NCBI GenBank assembly: GCA_976226885.1
Contig: OZ320319.1
Coordinates: forward strand, 36,580,001 to 36,644,000
Direction: 5' to 3'
Source: Iphione sp. A-MEVVRFRX5
Taxonomy: Eukaryota
DNA: 64,000 nt
The translations under genes were made by a program, and so were the position numbers. Shown here piece by piece: positions 22,983-34,629 of the stretch (position 1 is its first letter; each line of letters starts with the position of its first letter). The notes beneath the pieces were generated by a model. That model had not been told where the DNA came from. It worked only from the letters and a program-made list of their open reading frames with translations, and searched no databases.

Positions 22983-25900
22983 TAATTAAACTCAGTTTTC
23001 TGCCTTACTCATGTAGTCATTCAAACTATTTATCAAAATCACTCTAGAACAATAACCTAATGGTTTGAGACGTGATTTCTCTCTAACGTCAAACACATGC
23101 TAAGTGCCAGGATAACGCACTGAGATTACTGCTCCTAAATTAATACAGAATGTTAAGTGCTGGTTGTGAAATTAAACTCAAAACTGATGATGTGTGTCTG
23201 TATTTGGGTACAAACGCTACCTTGATAATGGAAGAAAAAATTCTAGCTGCAACTGCCATTGCCATGGTGAGTCATGTGACTTCATTTGTTGTTGTAACAG
23301 ACTAAAAAGTCCATAGAAGTTGCTGACAACAAAAAAGCGAAATTAAACCTATATGTGAATTAAAGGAAGGAGAAAGCTGTTAAATGCAGTTGAGAACTGA
23401 TTTGGCTTTATTACAAACATAAAGAACACATGCTTAGTACGTTGCAACATGTCTTACACTAGTTTTCGGGAGGAACATAATTCCTTCATCAAATGTGCTT
23501 GTGTGGGATTGCAAATATCAAATGAGCTTTATATACTGGTGTCTTTCATTTTGAAGTGCTTTCTGTAAACAAAGTCAGCTAATCACGGGTGGGTTTACAG
23601 TTTGTAGTACTGCTCATGTGAGCAAGTGATCCGATTGCTTATAAATATACATTTGTAAACTTTGAGAATCCTAGAATAAAGTATGATGACAATATTCTAC
23701 CAAAGTTGAATTGTTATGATTTAAATTTTTTTAGCATAATTATAAGTGAATGGTTGTAAACCAAAGGTTCACATATGACCGTGCAGTCCGATAAAGTGTA
23801 AACCGAAATGTATATTCCCTGTCAAGGATAAGAATGCTATTACGGCCAGAGGCTTGCAAATTAATGGATGATGGCTTCACACCAAGTGCAATACAAAAGA
23901 AAATGTTGATGTATATGAAGTTCAAGGCTTTTAACAATATGATTTCTTGCATTTTATTTCCCAGTATTTGCTCAAGACCATACGCAGTATAATTAATAGC
24001 AGTTCGTGTATTAAGGTGTAACTGAAAACCTGTTGTTCCTACTGATACTATCTTGAACGTGTGAAGACAGACCCCGTCTAATTGTCATCGGCATGGCTTC
24101 TCAACTGATCCATTATAGCGCCATAGATGGTAATAGAGACTCCATAGTGAACCATCAATAATTGTTTCCGTATACATGTCTTCATGTGTGTCAAAATGAC
24201 CGGTTATAATTCGAAAGGTTTCCTCCATCTAGAGGGAGGTAAAAATAAATTCTGTTGAGTGTATTCAGTTGTAGGTGGGGTTTCACCGTATGTGGCTTAA
24301 GTGCGGCGTGTATACATGTGCACATGGTGCATCAGGCATCATTTACCAGACTGTGTGCGGCAATAGTTGATTTGATCTTTTTAAAACGTGGCAAGAACGT
24401 AAACGTAACGTGAAACTCCCCTACAACCAACAAACAACATACAACATATTAGATTTGACATTAGAACAATCATTGGTGTGGAGGGAGACTAGATGTACTA
24501 ACTCCAGCTGTGCGTTTCCCATTTGGAAGGAGGCGTTTCACAGGGGGATTCAAACGCAGATAGACTGCGTTATTGCGCTTTTTTGATCAACGGATTGCTG
24601 TCAACCCCTTCAGTACATCCATACCCTGTGGATGGAACCTGTCACTCTGCAATTTTTCTCTAGCAAAGCAAATGCAAATGGGTAACGCACTGTGGTGCTT
24701 CACTCAACTTGTTCCATTGTACGCTTAAAAAGATAAACAGCAAACGAACGTTCTCCTTTAAATGGCTTGTAGACCTGCTTGGTGTTCCTTTGACTTAAAG
24801 CAATAATGAGTTGCATTTTATCATCTCTCCATATCTTACCTCATGGGTCTATTAAAAACATTGCATGTCAGAAAAATAGCTGTAGACCATTAGCAACCCC
24901 CCCCCCAAAATAAAAATATATATTTGTGTTTCTGGTAACATGTTGAAAAAGGTGAGGGTCAGTAGATAGGTTGTTTTTCTTTCTTTTTTCAATGAAAATT
25001 CATACTGACAGGAACAGATGTGTATGATGATATCACTTCTCCTGTTTACATTTTAATGGAACTGGTGTTATGAAAGCTGGTGACGTAAGGAACAAAGTGG
25101 TGTATTCCTTGAGTATTCATTACCAAGATATTGGCAAAACAATACCGAAATAATATGTTCCATTGGTATCAAAATCAGGGTTTGTTGGGTTACCGGAAGT
25201 AGACCTTTTTGATACGCCTTATTCAACTGCAAACTCACGTGTAAACTACACTTCGGAAAGATTAGTTATCACTTAATTTCACTATTATCTACTTTGTGTC
25301 GGAGTACTGTGAAACTGACACTGAGAGCTATCTTTTAACTATTACAGGAAATGACATTACAGAATCTGTAATGCTGTATATGAATAGGATTCAAAATGAC
25401 AAACTTTGTTTAATCCCCACTTCAGAAATTTACAGTCTTCCCTCTGTAATTGACATCTTCTGTTGATGTTGATTTAGTCGGTTATATGGGATTGACAGTA
25501 GTTGAAGTATTTTGAGCTTGATTTGCATATTTGGTTTTCGCAAAAGTCAGTCCCTAAAGCGGTATCATCAGTCTTACAATCGCCAGTTACGTATGGCACC
25601 ACCGCAGTTGTCAATAAATTCCGTATTATGCAACGAATTCATACGAAAATAATGATTCTATACTATTGGGTATATATATACTTGTTTTATTCTTAACATA
25701 GATTATACACCTTGAGTAGGTTTTTTTCTACTATTTATGATATGCTTCACCAATTTTGTCCACTTGGACAGAGTGAACACCGCACATTCTGCAGTATCAT
25801 TGGAAATTACTCAGTGTTGTAGTCCCCCTTTGTATCACTGGTTTCCCCCTGATTACCACTCCTTAGAAACCATGAAACAGAGCAGGTCCTACTTTGAGGG

Positions 25901-26479
25901 TTGACTAAATAGAAAATATAGATAACAGAACAAAGGGTTTCCACATGGTCCAAAATGCTCCTAAATTATGCATCTCTAATAGTTGTATAACTTTTTTAAT
26001 CTCAACTTATCTATAAAAGGAAAGAATACTCATGTCAGAACCATGGTTAGATTTTTTTTATTTCACCTGGCAGCCCAACTGGTACCGGGGCTGAACTGTT
26101 CTACATAGGCTTTTCTGACTTTCTCTATACATGGTGGTATTTACATATTTTTAGATTGCTCTTTTGATAACAAGGAAGACATTTATTTTCCTGAAAGGTT
26201 GTCATGGTCAGCACAAAATGTCATGCAGTCGGCTGAATGCAGAATGTATACATCACTGTATATTTATGACTCATTTAGACATAAAATCTACTAGACACAT
26301 CTGATGGAAATTTAAAACTTGTAACATTGCCTTTCTGCAGATGTGCTGTGTAATATTTAAAGGGAACCTAGTAGACTGTACAAAAATAAACAAACTGCTT
26401 GTTGAACCAGGATCATGGAGGGCTTGTGCAAGTAGAATGTAACTACATGTACATACAGTGTTTTGCAGCAACGCCAATC

Positions 26480-27395
26480 CGAACTTGTGATCAGAGAATA
26501 CCTACGGGGTAGGAAGCGGAGGGTCAAAGTGAATGGGGGTCTTTCGGATATAATGAAAATAAGCTGCAGACTTCCTCAGGGAAGCCTGTTAGGACCTCTA
26601 TTGTTTTTAAATTACATAAATAATATAACAGAGGTAATCAGGAAAGGAGATATATTTTTATATGCAGATGATGCAGCCCTAGTGAATCAACAATGAAAAA
26701 GTCACAAGAGGCATTAAGAAAGGTACAAGGATGGTGTAATATAAATAGGCCAATGCTAAATACTGGGAAGACAAAATACATGATGTGCTTGCTAAAAAGA
26801 TCAGCGGTAGGATCAGACTAAGGGAAATTAGAACTTGAAGGGGAAACTATACATCAGGTAAGGCAGTACAGTTATTCAGGGATACTACTCGATGATAGAT
26901 TAACATTTCAAAATCCTAAGAACTACACCCTGAAAAAGATCAGCTATAAGGAATATATGTTGAAGAGAATAAGATCAAGGATGTCTGTGGAAACAGCATT
27001 ATTGATCATTCGAACAATGATAGAGCCTGTGCTCTCATATGACAAGCCGTAATGGGAATGGGGGTACTTCAGAGACAGAAAATAAATTAATGAAATTATA
27101 CAAAATCGCACTCAGAAGAAGCTCCAGAGGAGTAGCACACTACAAAAGACAACATAAGATACTACCAGTTGGTTTGTTTAGAACAAAATATGCCACAGTT
27201 CAAATACATAAGATTAATTGTGAAGGGAATGAAACAATAACTAGAAAGAAGAGGCAGGAGGGGTAGGCAAATATTGTTGCGAAGGGTAAAGAAAACAGCC
27301 TATAGAGATGGATAGAGTTACATGGGGGGAACTGGAACTCCTTACCTAATTATATCAGAGACCAAGAAAATCTGAGAAGGTTTAAATCTGAATGA
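26480..27395 (+). pseudogene. 5'-truncated, decayed CR1/L2-type LINE reverse transcriptase fragment
   Basis: EYLRGRKRRVKVNG, LPQGSLLGPLLF, FLYADD, later NTGKTKYM, GILLDDRLTF and terminal WNSLPN, with stops and frameshifts in between. Distinct in sequence from the 17.6-23 kb element. Confidence 0.88.
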
Positions 27396-30300
27396 CATGG
27401 GGAACTGTAGAATAAGTATGACATGGACAGTTGTCGTGTGCCTTGAAGAAATGGTGGAAATAATAACAAGATGGAGATGTGTACAATGACCAAGGACCTA
27501 CTTGCTATAATCACCATCATCTTCACCACCAATCATTATCATTAAACATTAGCATCATTATTACAAAACATGGGATAAATTCATATAATTACTTTATTGA
27601 GAGGTAGCCTAACAACAATAGATATGAAGATAATATAAATAAGAATAACAGGTAATCAAGTAGCACAAACAACGGCAACATATCAACTGTCTCCTTGTAT
27701 TCATACGTTAGGAAACGTACAAGACCATAGAAGGTGTTAATCTGTAATAAGAAAACAGAGAAGAGGTCTAGGGAAAGGTCTTGAGTCAGGCTATGTGCAG
27801 AGACCCTGTTTGTCATTAAACCGATTGATTGATCGTACGACAATATTACAGTAATAGAAATTTTTTTAAAAAAACTTGTTTTACACGTGGTAGCATATCA
27901 ACCCATTTAAAACGTGGTTTGGGGGGAGGTCATGATCTCCCGCGACCACAAGCACATTGTTTTGTTATAACTTTCCCCATGCAGGTTGGCCGACCACCCC
28001 AGATTCTTATACTACTAACGATTGGTTCTCAGGTTTAAGGGGAGATATTATTATGATACGTGGATGTCAATAACTCTGATTTTAACCTTTCGGCGTTAAT
28101 AAGGTGCATTTATGCACATTTGAACAAAAGGTGGTCAGATGTCAGGTAGGCATGGGCAAAGACGAGCATGCTAAAAATTTACCCCTTCCCTGTTGAAGAT
28201 TCACTGCTGGTGTGACATTTAAGTGGCGTCCGTGAAAATATTGTCACATATTCCTGAAAGAGGTACCAAGAGATTCGTTTGAAACCGTCACTGCTTGCGT
28301 TCAGGAAGGCTGTACAAAATATCGTACAGTGCACCCCCGGCATCATCTCTTCGACCCTGTATTCTTCATTTAACGTGTCAGGCATAATAGAAACAAAATC
28401 TGCCACTCAACGCTATACAGTTAGAAAGAGTCTCGTTCGTATGTGAAGAATGCGGAGTTAAATTTAGAACGATACAATCGCTGTTTTTTTTCCCTTCTGC
28501 CGGATCCATTACCTCAACATGCAGCGCATGGTCTGTTTGTTACTGGTCGATTCTCGCACAGTGCTGTTCATTGTGTGATACTCCGTTTCTTCCCGAGGCC
28601 TCAATTGCCGCCTTTCACCTGTAGTGACTCTTTGTTCGAGTTTGTCAAGTTCTAATCACGTGAATTGCCCTCTACAAATATAGACCATCGGGCCAGAAGT
28701 ACCACACATGAAGAAATAGTTACCGCTCACGTTTCCACACAGTAATCTGCCAACACGTCTTATTGTTCTGTAACTAAACACATACAGTGGGCAACATAAT
28801 GCTGATACAGTGTTATGTGGGACGAGGCCGGTCCACTGCTCAATGATCAAATGTCATCGTGCAGGGGATAAAACCAATGGTTCCTGCAATGGCATTTACA
28901 TGCATATTTGATCCACTTCATTCAGAAGACGGTACTTCCATGTTAGCTACAACCTGGAGGATAGGAAGAATTTTGAGAGAATAAAAGACGAATGTTCAGA
29001 ACAATTGGATGTCTTTGCTTTATGATTGATATTAGGGTTGAATTAAGTGATTGCGAGATGTAGTCAAGCCTTGCTACTGAGAAAATTTAAAACTTCGATT
29101 TCCTCAATATTTCGAACACATAGGATAACGGTAGCTTTATGATATCAGTCAGTACTGACGACTATTCATCACTTTAACCAAATCCTGCCAACGATAGAGA
29201 TTTGAAATATTGAGGTCTGACTGTATATTGATTGTTTAGAAAACAAAACATTTCTTGGCAGCCGTACCTCCGGAAGAACCTTAAAGAAAGGTTTAATTAA
29301 GGATTTGGTTCCTGTACCGAGATATATTTGTGCTCATTTTAAGCCAGTGGATCACGTTTTTTTCTATGTAGACGGCATGGTATGTGGCGTGAGTGATCAC
29401 TACCAACGCGACTTATGGCTCTGCGACATGTTGCGCTTGTCAGAGACAATTACCGTTCATATTGCCGTCCTTGGTGATGGAGTTACGATAACTACTTTCG
29501 GAAGAGCAAGTGTACCTACGCTGTATATATAACATTTCCAAGCGAATGAATACGTTTTCAAATCATACCGTTATCGATCACTTAAAAACGTTAAGCACGT
29601 TATATTGTACATTGTTATATGAATGGAAAAATACACGTGCGTATGATATACATTATTATCATCAAATACATGGATATCTGGGTGATTGGTTCGATATTAG
29701 AAATGCCACAGTCTTCCTGAGTCGACTAGATTAGGTGCCTTTCTCTGGATACTGTTACCTTTAAGGTTGGTGATGGGGTTGAGAGAGTACTCAGATTTCA
29801 CTCGGGGTCCCTCGGTGGTCTCTAAAGGAGACGGCGGGGGTCGACCTGCAAGGTCGGCGGAGGAGTCGGCCTCGTTAGGTTGCCGCCGTTCTCTCGTCCC
29901 TGTTCTGCAACCTCTGTGTCCCCCTAGGGAATTGAAGTTGGGTATGTTGAGGCCGAGTCAGACAACAGGCTGGAGCCGTGCCAGTTTTAGTGCTTCAGTC
30001 GGTTTTAGTGCCATTGTCAGGGGAGGAATAAACGAAGCTTATATTGTTTACATACATACGAGAACTCATATTGTAATGGGCGATTAATGATTTGTTTCGT
30101 TCGTGAGTCTACGAGCCACAATATCAGGGAAAAATGCACGACCAATCGCATAATTATCTCGTTTTATTTTTACACTTAATTACGATTATAATTAAAATTA
30201 TAATTACTGTTGTCCATAGTGACCACAAATGAGTATAATGACATTCTAAAATTGGAAGTGCTGTTTGAAAATACTTGGTGATTTTGCAAACGACGAGAGC

Positions 30301-31706
30301 GGAATTGAGAGAACGTTCCATATTGAGGAAATTACAAAAGCGTTTTGTTTTAAATATGCTTCCACCAAATTTATCCAAAACGAAACCAGAGTGAAGCCTG
30401 TCTCTTTAATTTGCTTGCTTTTTATCATTACAGGTAAGGACATCGTTTGAGTTCGGTTCTTTGCATGCAAGAATACAGTAAGTACGAAGTCGATTCATCT
30501 ACTTCACAGGACACTAATTTAAAATACACAGTTTCCCCTTTAAAATTGATACAAAGGAAATTTGCCTCATTTAGATTGTTAGGCTGGGATAACATTTGCC
30601 AGAGGTTTCACGTTGTTGTGAACTTTTATCCTTCGCTACTCCCTAATCGTCCGCTATTATCATTTGAAATATGTTTTAGACAGAAGCACTAAAAAGAAGT
30701 GCTCGTTAAAAGAGTGTCAGGAAATTGCTGACAGGGCATCTTTGATTCTCGAAATCCTTTCCGTAATTCCGTCTCTCTCGGCACAAACACATTTCTCGTG
30801 GCGCTTTTCTCTTTGTAGTTTCACAGATTTTCCTCTCCTCTAACCGGTACTGATCGCTCTCTTTTTATGATGATCCTTAGCTTCTAATACACGAGGTATT
30901 TTTTTGCCACACATCAAGGCGGCGATCAGTGTCACCAACATGCATTTGTAATTTTGAGGCGGGAGTCACTAAACTAAAAGTAAAAGATTAACCAAAAGAC
31001 AAAAACCGTTCCTGTTAACGTCTTTCATTGAAAACCCATCTTTCTAATATATCTATACGTGCCTACAGTTAGACTTGTTACTTCGGCTTTTTCGGTTTAC
31101 TGCAAAAGTCACTTCATCCAGTGAAACACTTCGTATGTTCGGCCAGTAGCTTTTGGCATACACTCACATAAAGTTCTATTTTTGCACCTCCAGTGATGCT
31201 TCAAACCCACACCCATCTTAGTAATTGAGGTGTTTAGCTAAACATTTTAAGTGAAGCTGCAGGGACTCAGCGCGGAGGCCAATAACCAGTATATTAGTTA
31301 ATGGGTGTTTATCGATTTTGGAGTTATGGGGTTTTCCCAGTGTAAACCAATATATTTTGTAACATTAGTTGAACCGAGACAAATCTGCGACAGCGGTGCT
31401 AAAAACAACACAGGAACCAACAAAAAATGCCCTACATTGTAACACATTGGTGTCCAAACTCAAGGCGCTAACATCCAATGAAATAACAAGTGTAAAGAGA
31501 AACAGTGTCATTGGTTTATTGCTGCAGGCATATAATGAGGTTTCCGAACTATTACGCTCCCCAAGTACCAAGGGCTAACTGTATGGATGTACATGTACCT
31601 TATCCAGTGCAAATTTGATATTTATATACCGGAACTTGCACATCAGTAAGAAGGGCTATGTTGGCGTATGTAATTAATATCTGAGCTACCAAAATGGGGC
31701 GTAATT

Positions 31707-31731
31707 AAATAGGGTGTGACACACCCTATTT
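31707..31731. repeat. Perfect palindrome, 12-bp arms with 1-nt centre
   Basis: AAATAGGGTGTG-A-CACACCCTATTT. Confidence 0.85.
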
Positions 31732-32009
31732 CAATAGATCCACCATTGTAATTTATCTGTTATTAATACCCTCATAACATCAGGCCCTCCCCCCACAACG
31801 TCCTTATCCTTTGTGCATGTCTAAAGATATGTTTAACACTCACTGTCGTACCTGAGTCTTAGGGTGTGGTTCTGCAATGGTTCATTGGCGCTCATTTAGG
31901 TTTTAGGTGCAGTATACTGGAGAGATTAATCATCTCAGTATGCCCCTTGCCACACCCTACCTTTGTTACAACTCCAGCCACATGTATTGAACACACCAGC
32001 CCAGCCAGT

Positions 32010-32158
32010 GTTTTGCCCGCCACATCATACGGGGGGTGGGGGGGGGGGGGGGCTTAAGAATGCTTCTCGCCGACTGTCGGACCTTCCGTCACACTCATGT
32101 GGGTCTTATAAGTCTACAACCCTTTAGTCAAGTGAATTGATTTTGATATTATACTTAT
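32010..32158 (+). mobile_element. Possible Helentron-associated (HINE/DINE-like) element 5' portion
   Basis: T-run start TTTTGCCCGCC, short C-rich/G-rich palindrome, CCGTC-like motif, then tgtgggtcttataag; layout similar to the fragments at 15.0 and 39.7 kb. Recognised by pattern only. Confidence 0.35.
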
Positions 32159-32321
32159 TTAAAGCACGGTGGCCATCTTTTTTTCCCAGCTAAATTTCGT
32201 CTCAGTTGCAACAGCTCTCTCACACCTCCAACCACTAATCCAAACAATGAAAATACGCAATATATTCGCACACTTCCTCATATAGGGCCAAAGAGAAAAA
32301 AAGATGGCCACCGTGCTTTAA
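32159..32321. mobile_element. MITE with perfect inverted termini bounded by TTAA (Kolobok-like)
   Basis: TTAAAGCACGGTGGCCATCTTTTTTTC (32159-32185) is the exact reverse complement of 32295-32321 (27 bp including TTAA). TTAA followed by purine-purine termini is the Kolobok pattern. Confidence 0.7.
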
Positions 32322-32458
32322 GTGAGATACATACCTCGTTTCACGTTGTATGCGATATATTGTCACAGAAGGGGTTAACTGCTTGGCTGCGCCTCGCAGT
32401 TAATCCCTTCTGTGACAATATATCGCATACAACGCTCTACTCGGTATGTATCTATCAC
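32322..32458. repeat. Foldback/hairpin element directly abutting the TTAA MITE
   Basis: Arms 32344-32382 and 32396-32434 pair over 39 bp with one G:T and a 13-nt loop. Outer arms GATACATACC/GGTATGTATC also pair. Confidence 0.8.
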
Positions 32459-34274
32459 GTATATGCCCTATGGCACTAGGAATTGATTTTTATATTATAC
32501 TTATGTATATGCCCTATGGCACTGTGTGATTTTGGTAGTAATTCAGTTATTTTACAGGTGAAATTGTCAATTTTACTCTTTTGCGAACATACCCACCAAT
32601 ATATATACCCTGTTTAGGGCTTTCTAGGTCTAACAATACCCTCATATGCACACACACAGTCACCAATATCCTCCCCCCTCCCCTCATAGCCAGCGCACTT
32701 GCCATTGAGGCAGGTCAAGCCCAATCATGCTATCAAAGCTGTTTGATTGCCACTTGCGGACGGGGGACAATGGACATTGATGGGAAAAAGTGCTAAAGGT
32801 AGCAATGTTGATGGGGAAAATCCTATATGTGGTGAATTTTAGGGGGGATTAGTGTTAAATGTAGTAAAATTGACGTGACAAATGTTAAAAGTGGTGAAAT
32901 TGATGGGGAAAGTACTGAAATAATGAATTTAAGGGGAAATGTGCAACAATGTGCAGCAATCCTGTTTTTTTTATTTCATCTAACAAAGGTTCATTGATAT
33001 TCCTGCCTGCTACAAAGGATTTCTGCTCTATCGTACTTGTGCATTGGTATCTGTTTCCTAAATTAATCCGACAGTGCCTGAAAATGAGACACAGGATGGC
33101 AACGGACACAAAGACATGGAAAGCCAAGCATCTAGTGGACACCTCCCATTGATTTTAACCTGTTCTAAAAATATGCACTGCAATGCGCTGCAACACACAC
33201 GAATTCCACCACAGATAGGGACTCTGGGCCAGAAGATGGCTTTCATGTTGGTCTATTCAAATATGTCTGTCTATGAATTTATATAAGATGATTTTGAATC
33301 CTTTTTCAATCAGAGTACCCCGTAATGCAGTAAATGACAACGGAAAAGAAACTTTCTAAAACAACTTCAAAACCGATAGCAGCGCATCCTTTGGCCACAT
33401 TTCTCAATAATTTATTTCGGACTGTGCTTATTTTGACTCGCCAGAAGCATTTTGGGACGAAATAAAACGAATTCTATTTTTTATATCTTTTTTTGGATGG
33501 ATTTTATTTAACTACGTGTAATTTCTCTCTGGATACCACACGAGTGGAATTTTGGGTAGGTTTCTCAAGGAAAGATCGTCACAACCTTGTGGCAGATATT
33601 AGGAAATGTCTATTTTTATACGGGTTTCTACCTCCCTTTGTGCCAGGATAATCAGCTTTCGTCTGAGTCCAGAAAAAAATCCGGAAAGCCTTTAATTAAT
33701 TGGAAAACTGCGGATTATGGCTGGCCATAGATAGCAGCTATATTTTTTTCCTGCCGCCTTGCGTAAAATCCTGATGCTCATGGTGCATGTACTTAACTGG
33801 CGGTGTACCTTTCGTGAAATAAAAAGAAACACGTATCCAAACTTAAACACCATATCATCCTACTCTGATTATAGACAAGCTCTGTGAAAAGTACATCTAA
33901 ATGTACATGTATGTCAGATACTATGCATGAACTAGGCCGGTGTTCTCTCAGTACCTGGGTCTGCTAAGTTTGGTTTTGGCCTGCCACCTGACGGCTGCTG
34001 CATTTATTTTGGCCGTGCATCGTGCTGGCTTAGACAATTAGTGGAACCGAAGACAGCATAAAAGTCGCTCTTCCTCTTTGGCACCAGGTCGCGCGCTGGT
34101 CTGCGGAGAAGGCGTCTGGGATGGACAAGGAATATGTCAGCTGATGGCCTGTTGCGCTATGAGTGGTCCCGGTTATAATTAAGACTGGTTATATGTATGC
34201 CCACTGCGAGGGCGCGCGTGTGTTATATTATATTATCTGCCCATTTTCAGCTATTGCTGAAAACACTCAGACCT

Positions 34275-34314
34275 AAATTCCGTATGGTTCATTATGATGA
34301 ACCATACGGAATTT
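34275..34314. repeat. Perfect palindrome, 18-bp arms with 4-nt loop
   Basis: AAATTCCGTATGGTTCAT-TATG-ATGAACCATACGGAATTT. Confidence 0.9.
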
Positions 34315-34469
34315 CAAAATGAAATATGTTCGCCTTTGCTTTGTATTGTTACATCGGAATTCCTTTTCAGTGGAAGCGGAGAGCATGTACACATGCTAGT
34401 GCCACCATGCATGTACATGTACAATTAATGTATGCAAAATAACATGTTTGTGTGATAAACAGATGCTCT

Positions 34470-34629
34470 TTCTGTTTGTCTGTTGTCTGTCTATCTGTCT
34501 TTCGATGTCTGTCTGTCTATCTGTCTGTCTTTCAGTCTATCCCTCTGTTTGTTCGTCCCGTTCCTCCTCCTCCTCCTCCTCCTCCTCCTCCTCCTCCTCC
34601 TCCTCCTCCTCCTCCTCCTCCTCCTCCTC
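34470..34629. repeat. Degenerate (TGTC)n followed by a perfect (CCT)n of about 22 units
   Basis: Visible in the sequence; the CCT run spans 34562-34629. Confidence 0.9.

Noticed and set aside
29759-30014. Minus-strand exon-like segment with AAG|GTAACA donor and an in-frame TGA; a similar case lies at ~60670-60925
   Set aside because: The readthrough/selenocysteine idea lacks homology or SECIS support, and the reading frame and acceptor are ambiguous.
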